DNA of 63,846 nucleotides, the filler included, from Intoshia linei (taxonomy: Eukaryota; Animalia; Orthonectida), in NCBI GenBank assembly GCA_001642005.1. It is 7 parts of 7 records of this genome, joined end to end, with 100 filler letters (N's around TTAATTAATTAA, not from the genome) between each part and the next. Parts side by side here need not be neighbours in the genome. Positions count along the whole stretch, not along the records: positions 1 to 23,955 come from LWCA01000545.1; positions 24,056 to 45,393 come from LWCA01000652.1; 5 more parts are not named here. One strand, written 5' to 3'. The notes beneath the pieces were generated by a model. The model was not told the origin of the DNA. It did not search any database and saw only the letters and a list, made by a program, of their open reading frames with translations. Positions 11,076-24,056 of the stretch are shown here, piece after piece; position 1 is the stretch's first letter, and each line of letters starts with the position of its first letter. Both the position numbers and the translations under genes were made by a program.

Positions 11076-12422
11076 TTATTTTGTTTCAAAATCTGTTAAA
11101 AATTTTTTCCAATATTGGGTTTCTTTTTCTTGGGCTTTATGTTTATTGTAAACGTATTGTTTGATTGCACAACTTAAATCTTTGATTCTTAAATTTTCAA
11201 TATATTGTAATTCTGACATAAATCGTGTGGAAATGAGATTGTATCTATTATTGTATTTATCTTCAAGTTCTTGCCATTCTCTAATTTCTTCCTTGACAGC
11301 AAATACTTTGTCAGCTCGACCATTTATTTCGGCTTTGTGCAAAATTTCCATTTTTTTTGTTCGTTGGAGTAGCGCATCTTTCCACATTTTATAGGATTTG
11401 ACTCTGGCATGATTCACTTCGCGAATACCGTCATAATTCAGGATAACATTTGAAATAACACAATGGAAATTAAATTGGTTACTGTAACAAGATTTGTTTA
11501 TAATGGCATTTTGAGTTTCTTCTAAACAGGCAACTTTGGAACAAAGTAAACCCAAAGTTTTGTCTGATTCAGTGTTGGCTAAATTACTGATACATTGGGC
11601 ATAATGGTCGGTAATTAAATGTAATTCTTGAGATTTATGCATGATTGCATCAATAGCATAAAAAACTGCTTTGAGGGAGTTTTCAATTTCTTCAACCATC
11701 TCAATTTTTTTAATAAACGGTTCGTCCATTAATTGCACTACACCACCAACTGTTTTGGAGTTTGTGAGACTAGAGATAAATCTCATAAATCCAGCGGTGC
11801 TGAGAGATGACGCTCCAGGGTATTTTGGGAGAGTTGGTTTTTCAAGGAATTCTATCAAAAGTGGTTCAGATTTTAAAATATCTTTACGAATGCATGCGTT
11901 CAGAAAAATTGATAAAGCAATTCTGCGTTTCTCTACAAAAATATCGTCTTTATCGGCTGATGTAACTTTTCCTTTTGTCATTGATAAGATATCTTTTTCT
12001 GGGATACTCGGAATAATGTAACCTTGAACAACATATAGTTCTGTGATTCTAGTTCTCAAAGCGAAAAATTCAGAATACCGACGTTCAACAGTCATTGTAC
12101 GGGCTTGAAATTTTTTATTAGATGTTGTTGTAGATATTACATAATTTATATAGGAAGACATTCCTTCTCCAATTCTGTGAGTGCTTTTAATTTCAATTAC
12201 AGTGTCCATTTTTTCAATAAAATTAGATACGTTTGAGTCATGACGGTGAACTTCTCCTGCTATCTCTTTTCCTATATCATCAAACTGTGAATCTTGCTTG
12301 TCTAAACTATTGCTAAATCTGTCATAATCAGAAGCATTTTCATTTTTAATGTCTAGTGCAGTGTTTATTGCCAATGGGTCACATATTTCTTCTCCAAAGG
12401 CATCTTTATCACCGTTTAACAT
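11076..12422 (-). CDS. SNX2: Sorting nexin 1/2 (PX-BAR), intronless, 448 aa
   Basis: IGEGMSSYINYVI, VERRYSEFFAL, GYIIPSIPEK, FVEKRRIAL (PX domain) followed by a helical BAR domain ending QYWKKFL; SNX1 versus SNX2 cannot be resolved. Confidence 0.9.
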   Translation of the reverse strand: MLNGDKDAFGEEICDPLAINTALDIKNENASDYDRFSNSLDKQDSQFDDIGKEIAGEVHRHDSNVSNFIEKMDTVIEIKSTHRIGEGMSSYINYVISTTTSNKKFQARTMTVERRYSEFFALRTRITELYVVQGYIIPSIPEKDILSMTKGKVTSADKDDIFVEKRRIALSIFLNACIRKDILKSEPLLIEFLEKPTLPKYPGASSLSTAGFMRFISSLTNSKTVGGVVQLMDEPFIKKIEMVEEIENSLKAVFYAIDAIMHKSQELHLITDHYAQCISNLANTESDKTLGLLCSKVACLEETQNAIINKSCYSNQFNFHCVISNVILNYDGIREVNHARVKSYKMWKDALLQRTKKMEILHKAEINGRADKVFAVKEEIREWQELEDKYNNRYNLISTRFMSELQYIENLRIKDLSCAIKQYVYNKHKAQEKETQYWKKFLTDFETK

Positions 12423-13134
12423 TTTATATTTAACTATATAAATAAGACTGTTGTTTATTCTAAGCCTATTAGTTTATTTTGAAACTAACTTTTTACATGC
12501 GTTTGTTTATTTGTCGATCTCGATACGGTCTTAAATTTGTTAATTTGTGTATTCACTCTTCACTTGATATAATCGTACTTGAACACAAATTTAAGTCACC
12601 CACTGAAATTTATACTTTTAAAAATCAAATTTAAAATAAAAAAAAAATTTTTTCCAACATTACATTGAGAATAGTTGGCCCGCCACTATCGGGTTTATCC
12701 TTTCGAAAGATATTATAATAAACGGCAAGTTTTGATAATTTTTATTTTTAATTCAATCTCGAGATCTTACTGTTTGTACTCAGTACAAAACAGACAAGCT
12801 GGCTTCGATAAAAACACATTACGTTAAATTTATTTTAATCCAATTTACAATAAGTTAATTTTTTACGACCGCCCAATATAGTCATCATAAAATGATTTAT
12901 TTTTGAAATGTTTATATCCATACTAGGACTACGATGGTTTATTTCAGCAGATAAAAACCACATGATTTTTTAAATTCTGGGACTCATTTGATTTTTAAAT
13001 AAAAGATAATTGGGGTTTTTGACCCTGAAGGACTTAATTTATGAAAATGAAATTTGCGATAAAACCTCACCGCAAAAAACTGTATTAGAAATTGTTTGAT
13101 ATTGTAAAGTTATTATATTTTACATACAGTAATA

Positions 13135-13863
13135 CAGAAGTTCTCAACCTTTTTAAACCATCGCCTCATTACACCATAATTCATAAATTTCTATATTAAC
13201 TAAGCCCCTATGATAAAATGAACTATAATTTTTATAAAATCAATAATAATGGACAAAAAAGGTAAATACTTTTTATTTATTCCATGTGATCCTTGCACCT
13301 GATGATTGACTGCCAATTCCTTAATTCTTGGTTTTATGCTGGTTAACTTGATAACTATATCTCCTCTTTTACATATATTAATTTTTTTTCTATCTTTACT
13401 CAATATTTTTTTTACAGAACTCAATCCACTTTCAACCATGTAAGATGTTGAAAACACAATAACATCCTTGAAGTTTCAGAATGCATCACTGGATAAAGAC
13501 ATTCTGAGGGCTCCATCCCCATAATGCAAAATATAATCAAAAATAACATACAGTACTCTCTCTATACCCCGCCATTCTTGGGATTTAGAAAAAGTTGGCG
13601 AGATAGAGAATTTAAAATCATAGAAAAAGCAGATAAAACCTATAAATTACAGGTTACATTGCAATAAAATGTAAATTGTAAAATTTAATACAAAATAACA
13701 CTTAACTTATTTTGAAAAATGGTTTTAAAACTTTTAGTTTATATTTTAAATTAACGGCGAGTTGTCGAGATACTGTATTTGATATTTTTATTAATATTGG
13801 TTGCAGCGCCCAAAATTTGATAACGCACCTGGTGGCATTAACGCCCACGTTGAGAAACTACTG
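13135..13863 (-). mobile_element. hAT (Buster/ZBED8-like) deletion derivative with transposase C-terminus
   Basis: TIRs CAGAAGTTCTCAAC / GTTGAGAAACTACTG; TSD CAGTAATA / CAGTTATA; ORF FSTSYMVESGLSSV...RGDIVIKLTSIKPRIKELAVNHQVQGSH. Confidence 0.85.
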
Positions 13864-13873
13864 CAGTTATATA

Positions 13874-14358
13874 CACAGTGTGTCAATTTATTAGGCATAT
13901 CACTAAAATTGATGTAATAAACTCTAGGAATGATAAAAACTTAATTTTTTTTGTAATTAGGTGCCATTGAATCACTGTGGAATGCGATAAAACAGGTGTC
14001 TAGTACAATTTAACCAGAACGAATCAAGAAATTGATAGATTCTGTTGATGGAAGATTGATTACATTGTTACAGGTTAATGGTAACTATATTAAACATTAG
14101 AAATAAATTTCGATGTTATATTCCTAGTCATTTATCAATATTTGTTAGATTTACCTAACAAATTGACACACTAATTTAAATAAATAAACAATAATATGTG
14201 AATAAGAAGTTTTTTTACAAATTAAATTTAGTTTATGTAATGAATAATATTAACATCAATTAAAATCCACCTAATTACAAAAAAAAATTAAGTTTTCATC
14301 ATTCCTAAAGTTTATTAGATCAATTTTAGTGATCTGCCTAATAAATTGACACACTGTG
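13874..14358. mobile_element. Tc1/mariner-type MITE with ~90 bp TIRs
   Basis: TA|CACAGTGTGTCAATTTATTAGGCATATCACTAAAATTGAT... and its near-perfect reverse complement ending ...AATAAATTGACACACTGTG|TA. Confidence 0.85.
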
Positions 14359-14991
14359 TATAATATACATTGTATTTGATTAAATTTTATTTGGAAAGGT
14401 GTGACTTGAAATAGTAAATGCTTCCTCATCTCTTTTTAAAAGTATTCAACAATTGGAAGAGAATTCAGCTTGCAATTAAATGTCATGATTGTTACATCAT
14501 GATCCCCAATGATGAACTATTTTGCAAATATTTCAATCAAAAAGTCATAGTAAAAAAAGTTTTAATATTGAAACACATTTTAAAATTTAAACTCATATCT
14601 ATCATTTATTGAAACACAAATTGAATCAATACAAGATGATGACTTTCAAATTTTATTAGGAAAAGGTTTCATATCCGCCGATATCTGCTTATAAAAATTA
14701 AAAAAAAACCACTTTCTTAAGTTATTTTCATATATGAAACATCCACCTGCCTATGAAACTACAATACGTAACTTACAAAAATAAAACAAAAACTGTTAGT
14801 TTACTATGGCGTGAATGTTTTATTATAATTGATGAAAAAAGTCATTCACGTGAAAAATTTACAAATTGTTATAACCAAAATTAAATATTATGACCTCATC
14901 TCCAATGTAATTACATACATCGTACCATTTAAAGATATATTTATAATACAATATAATTTGAAACAGGTATAAAGTGAGGTTATCACAACAA

Positions 14992-17900
14992 TCATATGGA
15001 CCAGCAATCTATTAATACGTTCATGATGAGCGAATGTTTTTTCAAAATAATTGATGCGGTTTCAAGTACATCCAATTGGTTTCCCAGGGTTTCACTCGGT
15101 GGACAAAAAAGTATTGAACCAAATACATTTCCTAGAATAGCAGAATTTGACTTGTTGATATTGGAATTGATTTCCACTCGTTTTATATGATTCATAAGAA
15201 ATGATAGTGTATCCTATAATTATTAAAATTATATTGTACTGACTACATTAGACAATATGATCTTAACCTGGGGCCGGCACCCCAGGAGTACCAAACCAGT
15301 TTTTGGAGTGCCAGAAAAGTTTTTTAGAAATATTACATTACAGCTATATTTATGTAAATTGAATGTCTGTGTGTGTCTGCTTAACAGACTCTGTTAGCTT
15401 TTATTTAAAAAATTACTGTGTTCAAATTCAAAAAAATTCAATTTCTAAATTTTCAGTATTACTTTTTATTCGGTTTTTCCAGATTTATGCACTTAATTAA
15501 AGTATTGTTAACCCTTTGAGGCATATTGGTTATTTTAAAATGAGATTTGTTGTAAAATTTAAAACAAGCTATGTGGAATTCCATTGTATTTATTATACCA
15601 CATGTCATTTTTGCACTAATGTATGCTTTTTGGGTACTTTAATGTATTAAGGCTAAATTACAGAAGAAATTAGAAGCCAATAAATTTTAAATTGTTTAAT
15701 TAACTATCGCACAGACCTTTTATTTTATAATTTATTCATATTATCCATCGCACGAGTACGTGTGATGGATCCTCAAAGAGTTAATTACAAATTGTATTTC
15801 AAATTTTTTGTTTTAAAATGTTTTAAAATAAAACAGTTTCGAAATAAAAAAATGAATACTAAAGTGTTTTTTTGAGCGTGAAAACGTCACTTTCTTAGAC
15901 TGAAATTTTTTGTGTGTTCTATGGATAAACTGCATCAACTGTAATTTTTTTTAAATTCTAGGACTTTTTTCATTTTTACAAAAAAAGGTCATTTGTGGTA
16001 TGGCCATAAAAATATAAGATTTTGAATTTGAAATTTAGCATAATGTTGATGATTTTAAAATCTTTATAAGATTGTGTATTTTTTAAAATTTTAGGACTCG
16101 TTTGAATATTAAAAAAAGGATAATTTGTGTTTTTGACCTTGAAGGATTCAGGTTCTGAAAATGAAATTTGCGATAAAACATCACCCTCACTAAAATGTAT
16201 TAGAAATAGGTAGTTTTAAAACTCTACACATATTCCTTGCTTAAATAAATGATAACAGACAAATAAATAAACATACATTTTTAACTAAATCCTAACTTAT
16301 ATAATATGCTACGCGATTTTTGTTTGTGTGTGTTTAGCTTTATTTAAATATTAGTACATACAGTTTTTTTGATCATCATAATATAATAATTAATAATAAA
16401 TCAACTAATAATTTAAAATCTACCTTGTTAATTTGAGGCAAGCAGTCTACTAGGCTCATGATGATTTGTTGTTGTTTTTTTCTATTTGATTGTAAAAGAG
16501 CTGTACAAGAGTCCATGAAAGCTGGATATAATTCAACAGTCATGACTGGATGGGCAAGTTCACGTAAAAAGTCCTTTAGTATATCTAAGTTGATTAAATT
16601 ATAAAAGTTTTAAGAAATTGGTTGAAATGCCTTTTCTAAATGTAAAATATTTACCGGTGAGAGTGCTCGTATCTATAACATAATCTTTGGTGAGGGGACA
16701 TCGCATGACATTTTCAGTTAAAGAATTTCTGAGAGCATTGCGTTTTCTCTCGGACCCACACATGGTATAAATTCCGATATGGTCAATATTGCGATTTTCG
16801 ATTTCATGGATAAGTCTTCTGAGAATGATTGGTACATTGGTGTCATTGTCTTCGTATTTTACAATTAATGATAAATGATTGCCAAACAAGGGGTTTAATG
16901 AGTTGAAATTGTTTGAATTATTGCTTTTAAATTCTCTTCTAAGCAACATCAAGGTTATTGGTATATAATCTATTGTAATGTAAAGTGAACCGATAGGATC
17001 CAATAAAAGAGCAAGTTTTAAAGGCCATTTTTGTTTCATTTTTTTGAATTCTTCGTTGAAATGACTTGGTTTATGAACTCTTTCGATATTATCGTAAATA
17101 ATGTCACTTAGTAGTATATTATTGCAATATAACAATCTGTGCACCCTTTCATTGTTATGCCAATTGTACAGTAAAAAATTGATACTTATGCAATTTTCAA
17201 CATCAATACCAAACAATTCGTTCCAATCAAAATTAGAAATCCCCGTTCTAATCATTGTACGAGCTTTGTTGATTCCGTCAGCTTGAACAACGCAATACAA
17301 GTCTTTTAATGTATTTTTCTTGATCCCAGACGATTTAAGGTTTGTAGCCATTAAGATATGTGCTATAAATCGACCGCTAAATTTGTATTGATAATATTTG
17401 TTAAATAATTCATTCTTTTCCTGTTGAGAACTTTTAGAGTCGTAAGAGTACATTATATTTTTATTTTCATTAATGTTGAAGGATTTATATTTAGTAAAAT
17501 CGGCATGATCCATACCTGGGTCATGTGTTGGTGTCTGAATGGGTTGATTGTAATTACACATGGGTCTAGATTTAGATTTTACAGTTTCGTACATTTCAGT
17601 GGGATGCATTCTATGCTGGCTGTGCATAGGATCTTCATTCAATGAATATCGGTGTATGTTTTCTAAAACATATAATACATATCATTTTATTATATCATTT
17701 TATTAAATGTCATTGTTATCCGTAACCACCCGATTTTTTAGTAATGGAAAAAATGCTTCTAAAATTAGCAAAAGATGTTGAATTGTATTAAAATTTTGTT
17801 CATTTGTATGAACGAGGCTGAAATCATTCATTTTTTTAGTCAATGTAGAATATGAATAGAAGAAATGATAAATTTTACACATTTTTACATGTACTATTTA

Positions 17901-20831
17901 TCTTAATTAACACATTTTCTCTTAAATTAATAATACAAATTCCGAAGACCTTCAAAAGTGCTCACAATTTTAATTTCCAGTTTTTCTTTTTCTTTTATAA
18001 ATCTCTATCAATGAGACAAGTTATTTCGATGAAGGGTCTCAAACTTTTATTAGAAAATTTTAAATTTGACCTTATCAATTAAATTTCAATAATAGATAAC
18101 AGCGCTAAAAGCCTCAAATATTCAAAAACTTGGATTGTGAAGAAAAAAAGTTATTTTTCATAAAAATTTCCCATAACGAGTTCAAAATTTAGGTTTGCGA
18201 AAAAAAAAATTATTTTTATCATACATTCAATTTTATATAAGTGTAAGATATTGTTAAGAGTCGTTTGTGATTTAAAAAAATAAATTTTTGATCTAAAAAT
18301 TTGTAAAAAAATTATACAACTTTAGTTTCTTGGTTGAAAAAGAAATATTGGTAAGTAATTTAAGAAACATTATAAATAAATAAAAAATCTCATAAAACGG
18401 GTTTGTGATGGAAAAATGCACTTTTACTCTTAAAATATTGTCATTATACCATAATGTTTTGAGAGTAAAAAGTCATTTTTGATTAAAATTGGTTAAACAT
18501 GCATCATGTCAAAAAATCAGGTTATTGATGAAAAAAAATTATTTTTATAAAGTATATATGTCAAAAAGTGTAAAAACTGGTGTTTTGGTAGAAAAATCTA
18601 ATTTTTGATCAAAAAATGGTTAAAAACTAGATTGTGTCAAATATGGGTAATTTGTGAAATAACTATATTTTTCATCTAACAACTTGTCAAAAAGTACCAA
18701 AAGTGGTGTTTTGGTAGAAAAAATTAATTTTTGATCAAAAAAAGGTTTAAAACTAAATTGTGTTAAAAATGCGTAATTTTTGTACTAACTAAATTTTTGA
18801 TCTAAAAATTTATCGAAATGTGCTAAAAGTGGTGTTGTAGTAGAAAAAATTAATTTTTGAATAAAAATGATTAAAAACTAAATTATGTGAAATAACTAAA
18901 TTTTTGATCTAACAATATGTCAAAAAGTGCTAAAAAGTGGAATTTTGGTAGAAAAAATTAATTTTTCATCAAAAATTGATCATGAAAATGTTTTAAACTT
19001 GAATTTGTAGAATATAAATGTAATCTATCGAAATTTGATTCAACAATCATAAAATTTTAATTTGGGGTTGAACAGAAATTTTCATCAAAAACTAAAAACC
19101 CACTTTTTGTAGTATAAAATTTGTCTAAAAATGTTATATCTCGGTTTGTGGTTAGAAAAAGTAATTTTTCCAATTAAATTATAGTTAAAACATTACAAAA
19201 TTTGATTTAGATTCGTTGAAAAAAAATATTAATCACAAATTAATAAATAAATTAGCAATCTTAAAGTTAATAAATAAGTCTTAAATAATAAAAAATATTT
19301 TTTTTTCACAAATGTTTGTTAAAAAACGTTAAAATTGTAATGGTTCCAGATACCAAATTTTCCAATCAGCAATTGATCAGCTACAGTATTGAACCAAAAA
19401 ATTACCATTATTATTTTTGTATCTAAAAGGAGGAACGTTTTGATTGTCATAATTAGAATAAATTTTAAACGTAGTTTTATTTTCGGTATTATAAGGATCA
19501 GATTGTAAATAATTATGTTGTTGAAAAGAATTTTGATATTTGTCAAAATTTGACGATTGCACTGAAGCAGACCTTTTTTGATGATTTGGAATTCTTTGAT
19601 GATTATAATTTGTATATAAACCTTTTCGATAGTCTTCGCTATAATATCTATTTGTATAATCTCTACTAACATTCTTGGTTTTATATCGCCCTTCCCTCGG
19701 TATTTTATACTCTTTAGTATTTGAAGCCTGGTTTGAGTTTCTCAAAATTTCCAAAACCAATACTTTCGATGTGGAAATATGCACAACTACATCATTTATA
19801 TCCATTTGAGAAGTATCAGTGCTGTTTATCGATACAATTCTATCAAAACACATTAAAATGGTTTGTTGCTCAATGGCGGATCCGCTTTTAATTCTACTAA
19901 CATATATGAAAGAGATGCCTTCCTTGTCGTTCTCACTAGTTGATTCACCGTTAGGTAATTCATAGCCTTGTCTAATAAAAAACCCGACTGACTGACCTGG
20001 GCGTTTCACAATTTTAACCGTCAGTACTCTGTATTTACAGTTTCTAAACACTACTAAATTTTTTTCTATACGGATAATTTCACATTGAATGTCTGAATTG
20101 TAATTATATTTATCTCGCGATTTCTCAATTTTGTTTTGCCTACATTGATTTTGGTTTATGTTACAATCTTGATAAAAACCGTTGCATAATTTTTCCACAT
20201 CTTTGTGATTGTCGTAAGGACTGTAGTCCATATCATAACGTTCCTCAGTTTCGATTTCGTGGATTTTTTGTCGAGGAGGGTAAGTATCATATGCTTTTTC
20301 ATCGTAACGGTGTATATTTTTATCGCAAAAATAGTCGTAACTGGAATCATCATTTTTATATAACTCTGACGAGCCTCTAGTCTCTTCAGAATCTGGTTGT
20401 AAATGTTTTTGCATTTTGTAATCATTTTGAGAGTAAATTCGACCATATCTATCATCTAAATGTTGGTGTTTCTTTTCTTGTTTTATTTTGTTTTTTTCGA
20501 ATTCAGGGTTATACCTTTCACTATCAATTGACACCTTTTTTGTATCTCTGTAGTGGTGGTTGAGTTCCATATTTTTATAGTTGTGCAATTCTTTTTCTTC
20601 TCTGGGTACGTCTCGAGAAGCACTCTGTCTATTCCGATGCTCTCTATGTTGTCTACGTGGAACACTTTGAACTTCTCGATCACTTCTATCTGCAGTATGG
20701 TTTTGTCTTTCTTTTTCGATTGTAGTTTTATCGTTTTCATGTTGAGATTTAGAGGAACCTGTATTTACGTAATATGTTTCTTTAGGATACTGTTTATTTT
20801 TCTTGTTTTCATCTCTATTTTTATGATTCAT
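14992..20831 (-). CDS. syd-1: SYD-1/RhoGAP100F/SYDE presynaptic scaffold (PDZ-C2-RhoGAP-like), 4 exons
   Basis: Exons 20831-19406, 17662-16655, 16584-16424 and 15213-14992 splice in frame. PDZ: IVKRPGQSVGFFIRQG...IYVSRI. C2: KDLYCVVQADGINKARTMIRTG...FDWNELF. RhoGAP: LFGNHLSLIVKYE...VPIILRRLIHEIENR...ILKDFLREL. Confidence 0.92.
15512..15780. mobile_element. piggyBac-like MITE
   Basis: TTAA|CCCTTTGAGG ... CCTCAAAGAG|TTAA. Confidence 0.7.
18120..19200. repeat. Degenerate tandem (satellite-like) array, ~126 bp period, in syd-1 intron 1
   Basis: TGGTGTTTTGGTAGAAAAA-like motif recurs at ~18578, 18704, 18830 and 18938, with repeated AATTTTTGATC subunits. Confidence 0.75.
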
Positions 20832-21422
20832 TCCAAACAGAAAAAATTAAAAAATTTTGCACCAATATTCAATATATATTTCAAAGTATTACCTAAATAT
20901 ATTAAAGGTAATCAGTGATGATTTTGGTAGTTTTATATTGATTATATTCAAATATGCTTATAGATGTGTACATTATAAAATGTACAAATTTTTCTCTTGA
21001 TAATAAGACTACAACTAACTGGGTGCACAAATTATTTAGCAACATCACATAATATTGATTACTCCAAATTCATAATTGCAGAGTAGTTGTACTTACTTAT
21101 TGGATAAATTTAATATACCAAATATTTTCAATTTTACCAGTAAATTTGTTTTGTATCGAATAATTTAAACTTTTTCATATTGAATAAAAGTACAAAATAA
21201 CTAAAAGTGCGTTATCATAAAATCAATGAATAAATTAAGGACAAATTTCAACATTGTATTGCCGCTTTAGGTATATTCAATATCAATTTAATTTAGCATA
21301 TATAAAACTTATCGATCTATTATTTATTTCTGCACGTTGTATTATGTATTTAATACAAAACTAGTAACATTGTTTTAATTGTAATACATAATATTTATTT
21401 ATTACAATCATTATAATGTGCA

Positions 21423-23380
21423 TTATATTTCTTGTGAGATATTGTTCGTTGATTTTTTTTGAGTTTCAGAACTAAATCCCAACAAATTATACATAAAATA
21501 ATGTGGAGTGATTTTAACAGGCATTCTTTTCTCAATTTGGCTTATTAAATTTGGTTTAAACTGTGGATCCACCATATTTTCGTTGGATGTTTTACGAAAT
21601 ATTTCACCTTTTATAACATCTTTTTCTTGTATTGAATCTGATATCTTTAAAAAACGAATCAAATAAATATAAACATAAATATAAAGTAGTCAATCCAACC
21701 CTTTATAACAGACCAAATCACCATTTTATCAGGGAGATGAGATATACTAAATATTGAACAAGCATTATGACATTTTTTGGTTTATATGGTAAATTTATAG
21801 GCGATTAACGGAGGATTGATATGAAAATTATAATAACAAAAAAAATTTAAAATATACAAATACACAAATAGAAGAGTCTCTATTATTCGTTCAGTTTACA
21901 TTTTAAAAGGTTGATTATAAACCAATTTTTTTGAATATTTTAAAAACCTTAACATCAGGCAATTGTTTTACACCAATTTCAATAGCATCATAAAATTGTT
22001 CAATATCTATTATATTGTCTTGCAATCCCATTAAAGACATCAATGCCTCTATCAATTCAGACTCCAATACATTTTCCCCTAAAAACACTTTTTAATTAAA
22101 TAATACATAATGTATACAAAGTACAATTACACCGGGTTACAATTGCAATTGTACCATCAGGGCCTACCTGATTTATTAAAACATTTTTAAAAATGGCTTT
22201 TTTTAAATTAGTTTTACAATCAAGTGATCCTGGCAAATGATTTTATCTGGGTCATTGGTTTTTTAGTTCACTAGGTATCTTGGTTTTTTTACATTTTACA
22301 TAACATAATGTAGATTCTACATTGTACATAATTCTACATGTAGATAAAGCAAAACTTGCTTAAAATATGTCTGTCTGTTTGTGTAACCATTTATTTAGAA
22401 AAGTAATATTCCCAGAAATTTCAAAAACAAATATTCAAAGTCAGTTTTTTTTCCACGCAGACAGTAGGATAAATTTGAATTTCTAAAATTCCCACGTTCA
22501 AGGCCAACACCCCAAATTACTCCTTTTTTGAAAAATGAAAAACTTGAGTCCTAGAATTTTAAAAAGCACAAAATCTATTACCGCTTTTCAAGGCTCATAT
22601 CCTTAGTAAGGATTCCTTACTTATATAAAATTATTTAGCTAAAAATATATTTAAATCTAAAAATAATAAATATACTATCTGTTTTCGTTTTCTATTTTAT
22701 ACCGTTAATCTAAGTACATAAGAAGCGTAGATTTTTAAAATTTAAAATATAATTTGATGTGATGTGAATTGACCGGTAAATAGTGGAATAAATTTGAGAA
22801 ACACTTTCATCCTGAAATGAGTTATAAAAAAAACTATGTACTACATGTATATGTATTTAAAATTATATTTTGCTGGGATTCATATTTTTATGGGGATTTA
22901 GGGATTTAGGGTTTTAACTATAATTTGATTGTTTTTAAGATCATACACTCATTGATAATACATTAAACATGGGCCATCGACATAGCTAGCTGCTGTTTGT
23001 ACGAAGTACATAACAGTCAAGCTACTAGTCTTATAAATTTTATTTCCAAAAATTTACGTCTTCTCGACAAACCCCAAATTATCCATTATTTTGAAAAATT
23101 AAAAAATGACAACTAATTATTAGCCTAATACATGTTTTTTCCAGTTAAGAAACCCAAAAATATGGATTTCAGTTTCAGACAAATATTAGAATACAAAAGA
23201 AATTTAAAATTAAATTAATTAAATATTAATAAACAATACCTCTAATTTGTAACAAATTTAAAAAATCGGAACGATAAATGAAATAACTGCAAAGTTCTTC
23301 GTCCCATTCTCCAAGATTTTCAAATGATTTTTCAATATTTTGTACATTTGTTCCAAATGCTGGTTGGTGATTTATGTACA
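21423..23380 (-). CDS. CFAP251: CFAP251/WDR66 (ciliary radial-spoke-associated WD40/EF-hand protein), last 3 exons only
   Basis: Exons 23380-23240, 22078-21948 and ~21645-21423 give YINHQPAFGTNVQNIEKSFENLG...IYRSDFLNLLQIRGENVLESELIEALMSLMGL...MPVKITPHYFMYNLLGF, resembling the CFAP251 C-terminus. The 5' exons are not seen (gap at 23956). Confidence 0.75.
22971..23028 (+). mobile_element. Helitron 3' terminus
   Basis: Hairpin CTGTTTGTAC-GAA-GTACATAACAG followed shortly by CTAG|T; related sequences at 41710-41763 and 54960-55009. Confidence 0.7.
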
Positions 23381-23955
23381 CTATGATAAAATGAATTTAT
23401 ATGTCTAATAATATTATATATTAATAATTAAATATTGTAATAGGGTAAGACTCATAAGACATAACAGCGATAGATTATGGGATAATTATCCCATAATCCT
23501 TACTTATATAATATGCTATGCAATATTTGTTTGTGTGTGTTACCGTTTATTTCAATACCTACCAGTCTTAGAATTACAATTAGAATTTTATAAAGTACAC
23601 ATTTCAATTACAGGTTTTTCCGAGGTTGTTAGCAAAACAAATTTCAGTTTCGGTGCACTAATGCGCCATGAGTAGAGTTGAAGTGTATCGCAAGGAATGT
23701 TTAGTTTATTTTATGAATTTTTAAAAATTAGCGTCAAACTTTTACATTGACCATTATTTAATGAACATTTTAGTATTTACTATTACAATGTAAATACTTA
23801 AATATAATATTTAATCCTAACTTATATAATATTTTTGTGTGTGTGTGTTCCACTTTATTGAAATAACTACGAGTCTTAGAATTTTATAAAGTTTACATTT
23901 GAATTACAGTTTTTTCCGGGACGTATAATAAGATAAATTTCAACCTCCCAAACTC

Positions 23956-24055
23956 NNNNNNNNNNNNNNNNNNNNNNNNNNNNNNNNNNNNNNNNNNNNT
24001 TAATTAATTAANNNNNNNNNNNNNNNNNNNNNNNNNNNNNNNNNNNNNNNNNNNN
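23956..24055. other. Assembly gap with six-frame stop linker (also 45394-45493, 52147-52246, 54727-54826, 58759-58858, 60955-61054)
   Basis: Each is exactly 44 N + TTAATTAATTAA + 44 N. Confidence 0.98.
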
Positions 24056-24056
24056 T

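Noticed and set aside
11161-12021. Plus-strand ORFs of 77 and 116 aa (also 14996-15190, 17101-17645, 20553-20918)
   Set aside because: Antisense shadows of real genes with no recognisable motifs.
14390-14940. Possible small gene downstream of syd-1
   Set aside because: No consistent exon chain or recognisable protein motif on either strand.
18120-19200. CRISPR-like repeat-spacer array
   Set aside because: Degenerate tandem units with no unique spacers, no cas genes, and a eukaryotic intron context.
19319-20740. Alternative-frame minus ORFs (117, 99 and 85 aa) overlapping syd-1 exon 1
   Set aside because: Ile/Lys-rich off-frame translations of AT-rich coding sequence.
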